A DNA stretch of 64,000 nt from a virus: IMG/VR virus record IMGVR_UViG_3300021962_000027; one strand, written 5' to 3'. Positions within the stretch are counted from its first letter, which is position 1, and each line of letters begins with the position of its first letter. The notes below the pieces were generated by a model. That model was not told where the DNA came from. It worked only from the letters and a program-made list of their open reading frames with translations, and searched no databases. Position numbers and translations under genes: made by a program. Below, in pieces: positions 9,578 through 18,876 of the stretch.

Positions 9578-10242
9578 ATTTTAATGGGTAATTTTTCCCC
9601 GTATTTATATTCGAATAATTTTTTATTAATCTCCCATTGATCATTTGTTTTACCAACTGAAAGGTGTGTAACCGATATATTTGTTACAACACCAATTTTA
9701 ACACCATCTAGGTGGTTAGGTAAACAGAATGATAAATCATAAAAATGAAAACCATGGAAATTATTATCAAAATTATGTTTAATTTTAGTTCGATTAATAG
9801 CTAAAAATAAACCGTCAAGAACAACCATTTGTTTTATGTTGTCACCTTGTTGTTGAGAAAACATGCTAGTCCATTTTTTTTTACCGTCACTATGATTAAC
9901 AATACCATGCATGGATTCTCTAATTGACCACCATCTACCGTCAACTAATCTATTGGTACCAGCTATGCCGATTATACCATAATCCATGTTTTTTTTAAAA
10001 TGTTCGATAATCTTTTTACCCCAATGTCTAGTTTCAAAAATAAGATCATCATGGCAAAAAACTATAATATCATTTTTAGCGTCAATTAAACCTTTATTAT
10101 ATATTTCGGTTAAAGAATGCTCACCATTATTTTCATACGGTAAGATCTCTATACCATCACATAAACAAGTTTTTTGAATATGTTCTATATAATCTTGGTT
10201 AATCTCCCTAGTTGAGAAAACCACACTTATATTATTAATCAT
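9574..10242 (-). CDS. glycosyltransferase, GT2-like
   Basis: YNKGL..AKNDIIVFCHDD, GIIGIAG, LDGLFLA, FHFYDLSFCL. ATG at 10242 is preferred over the upstream start at 10281. Confidence 0.82.
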   Translation of the reverse strand: MINNISVVFSTREINQDYIEHIQKTCLCDGIEILPYENNGEHSLTEIYNKGLIDAKNDIIVFCHDDLIFETRHWGKKIIEHFKKNMDYGIIGIAGTNRLVDGRWWSIRESMHGIVNHSDGKKKWTSMFSQQQGDNIKQMVVLDGLFLAINRTKIKHNFDNNFHGFHFYDLSFCLPNHLDGVKIGVVTNISVTHLSVGKTNDQWEINKKLFEYKYGEKLPIKI

Positions 10243-10540
10243 AATCCTCTTCAATAATAAGCGGTCTTTCCAGATTATCATTTTTATATTTCAAAACTGG
10301 TATGATACCTTTTATTTTCTGTATAAAAGCAAACTGATTTGTAACCTCGTTAAGTTCACGCTCAAGAAATGTTGTTAATTTATAATCTTCAGAATTTAGT
10401 GGATACACAAAGGCGTATAAAACTTTGTCACCCACTTGTATTCTCTTACCAGACCATACGGTTTTATATTCAATACGATCGAGTACATCTGGTGTAATCG
10501 ATTTGTACGCTCTTATTTGATCTTTAAATTCACTTACCAT
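10235..10540 (-). CDS. hypothetical protein
   Basis: 101-aa ORF overlapping both neighbours in the operon. Confidence 0.65.
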   Translation of the reverse strand: MVSEFKDQIRAYKSITPDVLDRIEYKTVWSGKRIQVGDKVLYAFVYPLNSEDYKLTTFLERELNEVTNQFAFIQKIKGIIPVLKYKNDNLERPLIIEEDYD

Positions 10541-11121
10541 TATTTAACCCCTGTTGATCCGAATCCACCAGAGCCCCTTTCTGAGCTTGATAATGAATCG
10601 GTTTTTATAAATTTAGTTTTATTAATCGTTTGCACGGCAGCGATAACACCCTGAGCAATTCTATCACCTTTGTGGATATAAAAGGGTGTTGACTTATCAG
10701 TATTATATAAAATAACACATACCTCACCTCTGTACCCAGAATCAACTGTACCTGGGCTATTTAATACCATAATACCGTTTTTTAAAGCTAATCCGCTTCT
10801 AGATCTAACCTGTAGTTCATATCCACCTGGTATTTCGAAATGTAGTCCAGTTGGTATTAAAGCTCTATGACCTGGTTCAATTTCAATTGGTAGCTCATTA
10901 TTAGCTCTAATATCAAATCCACTATCCCCATCTTTTTCATACGCTGGGTCTTGGTTTTCAGAATTATTAATGAAACTAACTTTTAACTTAACGGTCATTG
11001 TTTCATTATCATACTCCCATCCACCCATTAAATCATTAGTTTGTGCTAAAAAATTGTCTAGCTCACTTTTTGTTTCATCATCAAAAAGTTCATTAAGGTC
11101 TAAATCTTGTAAGTTATCCAT
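10540..11121 (-). CDS. dut: trimeric dUTPase
   Basis: SGFDIRA, RSRSGLA, NSPGTVDSGYRGE, GDRIAQ, RGSGGFGSTG (motifs 1-5). Confidence 0.97.
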   Translation of the reverse strand: MDNLQDLDLNELFDDETKSELDNFLAQTNDLMGGWEYDNETMTVKLKVSFINNSENQDPAYEKDGDSGFDIRANNELPIEIEPGHRALIPTGLHFEIPGGYELQVRSRSGLALKNGIMVLNSPGTVDSGYRGEVCVILYNTDKSTPFYIHKGDRIAQGVIAAVQTINKTKFIKTDSLSSSERGSGGFGSTGVK

Positions 11122-11122
11122 A

Positions 11123-12346
11123 TTATAATAATGTTTTGTAAATTTCAGATCTTTCTTTTGTCACCGTATTTAAATTATATCTATCCTTAACGGTTTCATA
11201 TAATTTTTCACCTAAATCTTCCACTAAGTTTGGGTTATCAACTAACCTCTTAACATGTTGACTCCATTGTTTATGGTTTTTACTTGATTCAACTAACAAC
11301 GAGTTACCGTTATTATTAAAACCACCACCTTTTTCAATCGCTGAAATTAAATCTATTGTATAAGGTCCATAATTTTGTGCAATAATAGCTTTTTTATGGA
11401 AACCAGCTTCAATAATCTTTAACTGTGATTTATATTTATTAAAAGATGTTTCTACCAAAGGTGCCAAAGCAACGTCAAATTCATTATAACCTTTGGCATA
11501 TGTTTCAATACTTTTAGTCCATATTCTTCTATATGGCATATCCTTATCGTTATATGGTAATTGTGAATCAAATTTTAATAAATGTTTTAAATAATCCGAA
11601 TGTTTCTCTAATAACCTAAAATTATCAGTAATAAAAATCTCATACATAAACCATGTTGTTTCAATTGGTTGCATGTCTCTTTCCATCCACTGATTTGTTT
11701 CTTTATTAAACATTTTGACCTTACCTCTTGTGTCATAACCACAAAGAACAAACTGAATTTTATCAGAATATTCCTTAACTCTTTGTGGAACACCTTTAAG
11801 CAATTCAATATCTTTAATGTGTGATGACCCACCTAACCATCCGAATCTAAGTTTTTCGGATTTAGTTGGGTTCGGTTTAAATTGTGGTTCATTAGGGTTT
11901 ACCGCATTTGGTAAAACTACACAATTTTTATTGTGCTTAAGAACATCTTTTTGTAAAATACTTGTTGTTACAGTGACTAAATCAGCTTCTTTAATAACCG
12001 ACACAATTGTGGCTGGAAAATTTAAGGCTTTAGATTGTTGATACATCCCGTGAGATGGGTCTAAATTCCAGTGATCATCTAAATCGATAATAACTTTACC
12101 ACCGAATGATTTAATCTTTTTAATTATTTTAAGAGCATCAGCAAAATTATTTCCAGGTACCCTGTGAAAAAAGAATAGTTGGAATTTTTTTAAATAACTA
12201 TCATCATCAAAATTAACGTCATAGTTTATTTCAACGAAATAATCATCACCATGGTTATTTTGAAGCGATATATGCGGGTCTAGGCATCTATATTTACCAG
12301 AACCAGCACGATCACTAGGGTTTACAAGAATATTTATCTTACTCAT
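11123..12346 (-). CDS. glycosyltransferase, GT-B (GT4-like)
   Basis: IDLDDHW, GWLGGSSH..D, DVALAPL...FN.YKSQLKIIEAG. Confidence 0.85.
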   Translation of the reverse strand: MSKINILVNPSDRAGSGKYRCLDPHISLQNNHGDDYFVEINYDVNFDDDSYLKKFQLFFFHRVPGNNFADALKIIKKIKSFGGKVIIDLDDHWNLDPSHGMYQQSKALNFPATIVSVIKEADLVTVTTSILQKDVLKHNKNCVVLPNAVNPNEPQFKPNPTKSEKLRFGWLGGSSHIKDIELLKGVPQRVKEYSDKIQFVLCGYDTRGKVKMFNKETNQWMERDMQPIETTWFMYEIFITDNFRLLEKHSDYLKHLLKFDSQLPYNDKDMPYRRIWTKSIETYAKGYNEFDVALAPLVETSFNKYKSQLKIIEAGFHKKAIIAQNYGPYTIDLISAIEKGGGFNNNGNSLLVESSKNHKQWSQHVKRLVDNPNLVEDLGEKLYETVKDRYNLNTVTKERSEIYKTLL

Positions 12347-12401
12347 TAAATTATGTTTCTATAATAATAAGAAAAATAAAGCAAAAATCAAAATATATTG
12401 T

Positions 12402-12433
12402 AAAAAAAAAATGGGGAGTATCAAACTCCCCAT
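12402..12433 (-). terminator. intrinsic terminator (minus strand)
   Basis: Hairpin atggggagt-atcaa-actccccat next to an A-run, which is a U-tract on the minus strand. Confidence 0.85.
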
Positions 12434-12460
12434 CATTAATCTTGTTAAGTTCTTTAACAA

Positions 12461-12655
12461 TTAGTTTTTAGATTCATTAACAATATTGTCGAATTTACCT
12501 TCTTTTGCGGCCTCTACAAAATCAGCAAATTGGTTTTTAGTCCAAGTTGTTATACCTTCTGGACCTTCTTTATCACCTAATACAATAGCGTTTTCTTGAA
12601 CCTCGATAACTGGACAACATTTGTTTTTACAAAATTTAATTACGTTACTTTCCAT
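12461..12655 (-). CDS. small protein resembling DUF397
   Basis: CCPVIEV...IVLGDKEGPEG..TWTKNQFADFVEAAKEGKFD parallels the DUF397 pattern CVEVA..VxVRDSKxPxGP.L.F....W.AF...VK.GEFD. Confidence 0.55.
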   Translation of the reverse strand: MESNVIKFCKNKCCPVIEVQENAIVLGDKEGPEGITTWTKNQFADFVEAAKEGKFDNIVNESKN

Positions 12656-12659
12656 TTTT

Positions 12660-13277
12660 TTACTTTTTACTTGTTTTATTGTTATTTTCTTTCAAAACGT
12701 TTAATTTACCGCCAAACACTTTATCTCCAATTTTAATTTGGAAGTTTTCATCGATACTAGTTTTTTTAGCTTGTTCTTCAAGAACAGTCTCAACAGTTTT
12801 TTTAATGATGTATTCTATTAACTGTACATCCATTACAGGTGCGGCCGATTTTGGTGCACTTGGTTGTTCATTAATAACAGGTCTTTCATATTCAGTAACT
12901 TCTTGAATCTGTTTCATTTTAGGTTGCGCTTGCGCAACTTTCTCCATTAAAGCATCCATCCCAACTGGGACTGTTGGATCAACTATTGGGTTTTCGAGGA
13001 ATGATTGTAAAATCTCCTTTGGCATTTTAGATGTACTTAAATTTTTCATTGTGTTTTTAGGGGTTGGTCCACCAGCTGTTCTTGTTCTAGCCGCAACTTC
13101 AGCTTCACTAAGATAAACTGGTTCACGATCTTCGGCATCATCAGCATACATGGCTCTGTTTATTTCTGGTTGTTGAGTCATTTTGGTACCACCAGTATTA
13201 ATCTCAACTTTTTCCATGATTTTTCTAGCATTAGCAATCCCTTGTGCTAATATTGATGCTTTATCTTGAGTTTCCAT
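12660..13277 (-). CDS. hypothetical protein (possible head-internal/core protein)
   Basis: 205-aa ORF in a late-promoter-driven operon, with several I/L-x-E motifs. Confidence 0.65.
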   Translation of the reverse strand: METQDKASILAQGIANARKIMEKVEINTGGTKMTQQPEINRAMYADDAEDREPVYLSEAEVAARTRTAGGPTPKNTMKNLSTSKMPKEILQSFLENPIVDPTVPVGMDALMEKVAQAQPKMKQIQEVTEYERPVINEQPSAPKSAAPVMDVQLIEYIIKKTVETVLEEQAKKTSIDENFQIKIGDKVFGGKLNVLKENNNKTSKK

Positions 13278-13827
13278 ATGTGTTATATATCCATTTTAAA
13301 AATCCAGAGCTATGGTTTTCATTTATTTCAGTATTTTCAACATCCTCTGGTTTATTTTCTATTGCTGGTGCATTATAATTGGGGTCTTTAAAGTTAGGGT
13401 CTGTTGGCCCAGCTGGTTTACTAGTATTTACAAATGATACAGCTTTTTCACCATCCATTTTTTTATCAGAACCATCTGTTCTATAACCTGATTGTGGGTT
13501 AAACGTTTTAAGTTGTTTACCACTTGAATCAAATAATATATCTACAGTACCATCTTTAATTTCATCCACAAGGTATGTTTTCCACTTTTGATTTGTCGTA
13601 TTTGTAACACCTGCTGTTTGGTATGCTCTAAGCATCCATTTACCAGTGGCTTTACTTTTACCTAAAGCAACGGGTTGTACACGTCTATAGTTTTGTTTTG
13701 TGTACTTTTTTTCAGCTGGATCACTAACTTTGACACCTCTATACCAAAATACAATCTCGTATTTATTTTCGATCGCATATTTGATCATATTCAGTTTATC
13801 ATCACCTGCATTTTCAATTATAAGCAT
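13261..13827 (-). CDS. stand-alone WYL-domain protein
   Basis: AIENKYEIVFWY...RRVQPVALG...WMLRAY...WKTYLVDEI matches the WYL pattern. No HTH domain. Confidence 0.75.
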   Translation of the reverse strand: MLIIENAGDDKLNMIKYAIENKYEIVFWYRGVKVSDPAEKKYTKQNYRRVQPVALGKSKATGKWMLRAYQTAGVTNTTNQKWKTYLVDEIKDGTVDILFDSSGKQLKTFNPQSGYRTDGSDKKMDGEKAVSFVNTSKPAGPTDPNFKDPNYNAPAIENKPEDVENTEINENHSSGFLKWIYNTYGNSR

Positions 13828-13839
13828 AATTTTTTAAAA

Positions 13840-14103
13840 TTAAACAACAGATGAGTCTGGATATGTATTACTATCTTTATAATTATTAACAGCGATTAAT
13901 TTTGATCTTTCCTCAACGTCAGTTGTATTACCGATATCACCTTTACCTTTAGCGTCACCACTAAGTGCGTTAGGGTTTGTTGCGCTATATTCAAATGAAT
14001 TTGGTTTATATTCATTGATCGGAACTAATTTGCCTTCTCTTTCTTCAACAGCAACTTGTCTTAATTGTTCTGATGCTGGTACTTTTAAAATATTGTTAGC
14101 CAT
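13840..14103 (-). CDS. hypothetical protein
   Basis: 87-aa ORF in operon order. Confidence 0.7.
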   Translation of the reverse strand: MANNILKVPASEQLRQVAVEEREGKLVPINEYKPNSFEYSATNPNALSGDAKGKGDIGNTTDVEERSKLIAVNNYKDSNTYPDSSVV

Positions 14104-14105
14104 GG

Positions 14106-14603
14106 TTAAATTTTATTTATTAATTTTTTTATTTTATTAACACTCTCTAATAATGCGCTATTTGTCATTAAATCGGGTGTGTCCATTATTCTATCATCTA
14201 AACTAGTATCAAAATCATTTCCTTCCGAATCTTTTCTGAATTGATTGTCCATACCAGCGTTAGTTCTCGCTACTTTATTACCGTTAACACGTTCTCTTTC
14301 GTTTTTAATTAGATCTTGTACCCATTTATTCATCACCTCACCACCGTTTAGTTCATATTCAACTGGATTAACATTATCACGATCAACATTATCAAAATAT
14401 GATTTAATCATAACTAGATTAACAAACGGTTGATTTGGGTTATTTATTAAATGGTTGGCTCTTTTATAACCCTTTGCTGTTTTTTGATCTGAAAATTTAT
14501 TTAAGACGTTTTTAATATGCGTCAAAACTTCTTCTGGTAAATCATATCGATTACCAATTAGTTTAGAATTCTCCTCATATAAAAAACCTGGTTCGTTAAT
14601 CAT
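14106..14603 (-). CDS. hypothetical protein (possible head-associated)
   Basis: 165-aa ORF with a C-terminal LLESVNKIKKLI motif. Confidence 0.7.
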   Translation of the reverse strand: MINEPGFLYEENSKLIGNRYDLPEEVLTHIKNVLNKFSDQKTAKGYKRANHLINNPNQPFVNLVMIKSYFDNVDRDNVNPVEYELNGGEVMNKWVQDLIKNERERVNGNKVARTNAGMDNQFRKDSEGNDFDTSLDDRIMDTPDLMTNSALLESVNKIKKLINKI

Positions 14604-15165
14604 TAGTGAGTGATTTTTTAAAATAATCTAATAAAACTTTTTTCTCATCTTCATTCATGTTTTGATTGAAGAATTCGATTAATTGATCGAATTTACCTAA
14701 TATTAAGTTTTCTTTATCTTTAATTTCCTCGATTGTGGGTAATTTTTTTGTTATCAAATTATCACTCTCATTTCTTTTGGCTAACAAAGTTTCTAGCATT
14801 TTAAACGCCTTTTCTTTTGCGATTTCTTTTAATCTATCTTTTGGATTGGCTGGTTTAACATCCTTCATCTTGGGTTTAACCTCAATAAAATAATCTTCAA
14901 AGGTATGTTCCATACCCTTTTCATATAAATATTTGTGAAATTTTTCTGGATTATCTTTACACTTATCCGCCTCATTATTAAAAGGTAATGTGGATTCACC
15001 GTAATATCTTCTATAATTCTGAAAAACAAATGGTTGTCTTGTTTTTAGAATAGTAGCATCGGTTGTGTCATGGGTTGTTGCGGTATAATCAATGTATTTT
15101 TTATCCCCACTAATCATAGTACCATCTGCGTCAATAAACTCCTTAATGTCTTTATTATTTTCCAT
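14596..15165 (-). CDS. hypothetical protein
   Basis: 189-aa ORF preceded by a TATTTAT motif at 15179-15185. Confidence 0.7.
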   Translation of the reverse strand: MENNKDIKEFIDADGTMISGDKKYIDYTATTHDTTDATILKTRQPFVFQNYRRYYGESTLPFNNEADKCKDNPEKFHKYLYEKGMEHTFEDYFIEVKPKMKDVKPANPKDRLKEIAKEKAFKMLETLLAKRNESDNLITKKLPTIEEIKDKENLILGKFDQLIEFFNQNMNEDEKKVLLDYFKKSLTND

Positions 15166-15209
15166 TCGATATTTTTCTATAAATATCGGTGATTTAAGTA
15201 ATATTTCAA

Positions 15210-18200
15210 TTAAACTGGAATTTCTTCATCAAATCCAGGTAATTTAAATATAATATCATCATTAAACCAATAATCTGGTTCATAATCCATTTTAACCCAG
15301 AATTCTTTTTCCATTTGAGATGGTGTGTAGAATTCATATAAGGTATCTTGATCACCAATATCATTTGGTTCGTCATTAACCAAATCTAGTTCTGACCTAA
15401 GGAACATTTTTTTATCCTCTGGTTTTGTTATCAATATTTCATTTCTATGGGATAATGGGAATGCAACTAGAAGTGGTTCAACCTTTTTGTTAAAAGCGTC
15501 TAAATATTTTGGTACGTTATATTCACCAATAAAATCTGGTTGGTTTTCTATTATATCATTTGGGACTAAAGAGGCGTACATATTGCCATGTTTATCCGTA
15601 GTTGAATCACCATGTGATTTAACTTTACCATTATTTACATAATATATGGTGTCACCTAAATTAACATTTAAGTTATTTATAATAGCTAATTCCATATGAG
15701 CTTGTTTCGGTAATTCCCTACCGTTTTTATCTACACCACGATTTTTATAACCTTGTATTGATTTTTTAACCCTAGCTTTTGTGGCGATTTTAGCCAATGG
15801 TATCTCTTTGTTATGGATTTTTTCAGCGTATTCATGGTAATATTGTACAAACTCATAACCTTGGCCGCTCAATAACATCTTCATACCTTTACCTAGAAAC
15901 TCCTCAATATAAACAGGCATTGCTTTTGATTTAATACTGTTTCCAGTTAAGCTGACAGAGCCATCATCTTCTAACAAAGCGTAGTTCTTTCTTGAAAGAT
16001 TAATCGTTGCTGGCCAAATACCATCCAAACCAAGACCCATCTCCCCACGCATATAGGTGTCATTAAATTCAGCTACAACGGCTTTAACACCAGTATACTC
16101 TTTACCAGCTTCAACCTCATCATTTAAACCCTTACCGATGTAAAAGAATGATTCACCGTTCTTTGGTGCCATGAAGTTAACACCATCCGTATCAAGTACT
16201 AAAGGTGTATAACCTTTCTTGATAAAGAATTTAACCATTAGTCTAAGATACTGTCTAGCTGTACACGTAATTCGTTCACTAACATCTATTTCCGCCCATT
16301 GAAATGCCATAGGTGCACCAAGGGCACCGAACATCGAGTTAATAAAGATCTTAAGCGGTAACTGTTTACGTTTATATTTATCTGCTAATTGGTAATTACC
16401 CTCTTTTTTATATTTATCCGATAATCTCTTAGCGTTAAAACGTTCAGTATGGAAATATTTCAACATCGATTTCATCGCACCGTTAATATCAACACTAGGA
16501 AATACATCATGCGCTAATTGAATAGCTGGATAAAGTGAGTTGTAGTCCATCTTTCTTAAAGTGGTTGAATAACCAACTTTGAATAGTCTGGACAAACCAC
16601 CAGTGTAATCTCTTTTTGTATCCGATACAGGTATGGCCAAATCATTCTCGAATGAATATGCCATCATAAGCAATTTCCATAAACCAGCTGTACCCATTGT
16701 TGAAACCCTTTGGTATGTTGTTGGTACCAACTTAGCTAATAAGAATGATGACTGGTTGTAAACAGCATCAACTTCCATTGTTTCCCATAAGTCATCAATC
16801 AAGTAACGCTCAACGATATATTTACCGTCAACTTCCTCAAATGTATTGATATACTGACGAAGAGCACTTAAAAGGTTCTTAAGATAAGAGAAAGTTTTGG
16901 GCGCTTTGTAATCTAATTGAGCTAAACCAGTACCGATCCCCATTTTAGGGAATACGATAGTTTTACCCTCTCTAATCTTTTGGATTATCTTATTTACATC
17001 GGCATCGATCAGTTTTTTATTTTTATCATAATCAACGTCACTAAAATAAGATTCTGGTGTTGTATCTGGTGAATTTTTAGTTACAATACCAATTACGTTT
17101 GGTTCACCACGCATATCTTTTGCTTGTCCACCAAAACCTTCTCTTTCCACGTTGTCACCAAATACAAATATTTTATCGGGGTTTGATTGGATATGATCTC
17201 TTGTGATATAATCCATAAACTCTAAAGCTGGTTTTGTTTTACAGTATGAACCAGTTCTATCATCAAAATAGAATTTATCCTCTGAATACCAGGTGTTACC
17301 GATTTTGTCACCAACGACATAAACACGGTTCTTCTTAGCGATTTTATTGTATTTACACACATATTTTAAACCAACTGATTTCATACTCGAATCAATCGCT
17401 TGTGCACGCCTAGCTGAGTGAATAATGTCAATAATTGAATAACCAAACATATTTGTCTGTGTATATTCTTCTACCTCATTACCTAGTTTAAGGATACTTT
17501 TTTCTTTTCTCTGGATTAATTCACCTGGTTTAAGTGTTATTGCGATATCCTTAATATCAACACCAAGTTTTTGACAGCGGACAAAAAAGAAATCCCAATC
17601 AAAGTTCGCACTATTATAACCAGCTATAATCGTTGGTTTAATCTCATTAATTTTTTCAAAGAATTTTATAATACCCTGTCTTTCGGATTCATCATTATCT
17701 TCAATAGGTATAATCTCTTCAACACCTTTATTAGTGTAAATCCCGATTAAAAATATCCTATTAATCTCTGGGTCCAAACCAGTGGTCTCTAAGTCGAATA
17801 TAAACTTATGGATATCATCATATTCCTCAAACCCTTTAAACAATCTTTTACCAGTGTGTATAAAATATTGCTCAACTGGTGGTATTATCAAAAAGTGTGA
17901 ATTAATGTCATTTCTTTTATCATAAATATAAATCCCACCTTCTCTAAAGAAATCTTTCATTCTTTTATCACCCTGTGTACAGGTAACTAAGTATTTATAA
18001 CCATCAACTAGTTTTGGGTGATCACCGTGTTCGAGTACTTTAATGTCAATACCGTATCTCTGTCTTGCTGCTTTGATTTTTGAGTCACTATTACCGTAGA
18101 AATTAGTTAGTTCTTTAACCTTATTAAGGTTTTTTATCCACATAAAAGCTAATAAAGGTTCAGTTTCTATATAGTTACCCCTTTCTGGGTCTTGCTTAAC

Positions 18201-18314
18201 CTTGTGTATTAAATTAGTTTCAGCATCGTATTCAACATTAACGATGTATTTCTCATCGTCATGCCCACTAAGGAACTTTTCTATATCTTCGAGTGAAATC
18301 TTATACTCAGCCAT
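15210..18314 (-). CDS. polB: family B DNA polymerase with a macrodomain-like insertion in the 3'-5' exonuclease domain
   Basis: ExoI FDLETTG, ExoII GYNSANFD, ExoIII YLIDD; pol motifs DYNSLYP, KQLPLKIFINSMFG, DTDG. Confidence 0.95.
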   Translation of the reverse strand: MAEYKISLEDIEKFLSGHDDEKYIVNVEYDAETNLIHKVKQDPERGNYIETEPLLAFMWIKNLNKVKELTNFYGNSDSKIKAARQRYGIDIKVLEHGDHPKLVDGYKYLVTCTQGDKRMKDFFREGGIYIYDKRNDINSHFLIIPPVEQYFIHTGKRLFKGFEEYDDIHKFIFDLETTGLDPEINRIFLIGIYTNKGVEEIIPIEDNDESERQGIIKFFEKINEIKPTIIAGYNSANFDWDFFFVRCQKLGVDIKDIAITLKPGELIQRKEKSILKLGNEVEEYTQTNMFGYSIIDIIHSARRAQAIDSSMKSVGLKYVCKYNKIAKKNRVYVVGDKIGNTWYSEDKFYFDDRTGSYCKTKPALEFMDYITRDHIQSNPDKIFVFGDNVEREGFGGQAKDMRGEPNVIGIVTKNSPDTTPESYFSDVDYDKNKKLIDADVNKIIQKIREGKTIVFPKMGIGTGLAQLDYKAPKTFSYLKNLLSALRQYINTFEEVDGKYIVERYLIDDLWETMEVDAVYNQSSFLLAKLVPTTYQRVSTMGTAGLWKLLMMAYSFENDLAIPVSDTKRDYTGGLSRLFKVGYSTTLRKMDYNSLYPAIQLAHDVFPSVDINGAMKSMLKYFHTERFNAKRLSDKYKKEGNYQLADKYKRKQLPLKIFINSMFGALGAPMAFQWAEIDVSERITCTARQYLRLMVKFFIKKGYTPLVLDTDGVNFMAPKNGESFFYIGKGLNDEVEAGKEYTGVKAVVAEFNDTYMRGEMGLGLDGIWPATINLSRKNYALLEDDGSVSLTGNSIKSKAMPVYIEEFLGKGMKMLLSGQGYEFVQYYHEYAEKIHNKEIPLAKIATKARVKKSIQGYKNRGVDKNGRELPKQAHMELAIINNLNVNLGDTIYYVNNGKVKSHGDSTTDKHGNMYASLVPNDIIENQPDFIGEYNVPKYLDAFNKKVEPLLVAFPLSHRNEILITKPEDKKMFLRSELDLVNDEPNDIGDQDTLYEFYTPSQMEKEFWVKMDYEPDYWFNDDIIFKLPGFDEEIPV

Positions 18315-18331
18315 AATTTATTATTTTGGCA

Positions 18332-18339
18332 CAAATATA
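18332..18339 (-). promoter_or_regulatory. Bacteroidota-type -7 promoter element (TATATTTG) upstream of polB
   Basis: Matches TAnnTTTG, 17 nt before the ATG. Confidence 0.55.
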
Positions 18340-18474
18340 GTAATAAATGGTTCAATAAAGAAATTTTTTATAAAAAAAAAATAATTAACCAGTTTTTAGA
18401 TCAGTTAAAACTGTTTACAGTGTTGGGTTACAGCATATTTTTTACAGTTTTTACGTAAAATAGAGTATAGTTTA

Positions 18475-18876
18475 TTAAACAATGTCAGTTTTAATAAACG
18501 AATCCACAATATGAATATATAAATCTTCTTGTATTGGTGCGATTAACTCACCATAAACTTTAAAGGGGTCTGCTAAATCAAATAATGTTAATTTAAACTC
18601 ACCTAAAAACACACCTGGTTTATCGGTATCATCTTTAGTGAATTGGTAAACCACTATATAATGTTTGTCACCATTTTCATCACATGGGTTTTCAAGAACT
18701 ATCTTAGCTTCTTTATTGGCAACTTTATAGACACCAGTTTTTTCATCTTTCATTGCGAAAGTTGCAACACAGTTTTCAATTAATTCTTCGAAACGTCTGA
18801 AATCATTACGACCATCTCTAAAAACTTTCATTTTTAAAATAGGTAATGTTGAGTTTTGTCTTATACTGAATATCAT
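18475..18876 (-). CDS. virion structural protein, BppU-N-terminal-like Ig fold
   Basis: FSIRQNSTLPILKM...ATFAM...YQF...DTDKPGVFLGEFKL pattern, with a late promoter motif at 18892-18898. Confidence 0.5.
   Translation of the reverse strand: MIFSIRQNSTLPILKMKVFRDGRNDFRRFEELIENCVATFAMKDEKTGVYKVANKEAKIVLENPCDENGDKHYIVVYQFTKDDTDKPGVFLGEFKLTLFDLADPFKVYGELIAPIQEDLYIHIVDSFIKTDIV

Noticed and set aside
1322-12346. Bacterial capsule/LPS locus (host contamination or prophage flank)
   Set aside because: The genes are interleaved with phage-type sigma, PhoH and dUTPase genes, have the same composition and promoter motifs, and include no wzx/wzy/kps genes.
16850-17225. Polymerase insertion as an intein or intron
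   Set aside because: No N-terminal Cys/Ser splice block, no His-Asn end and no LAGLIDADG motif; the frame is continuous.
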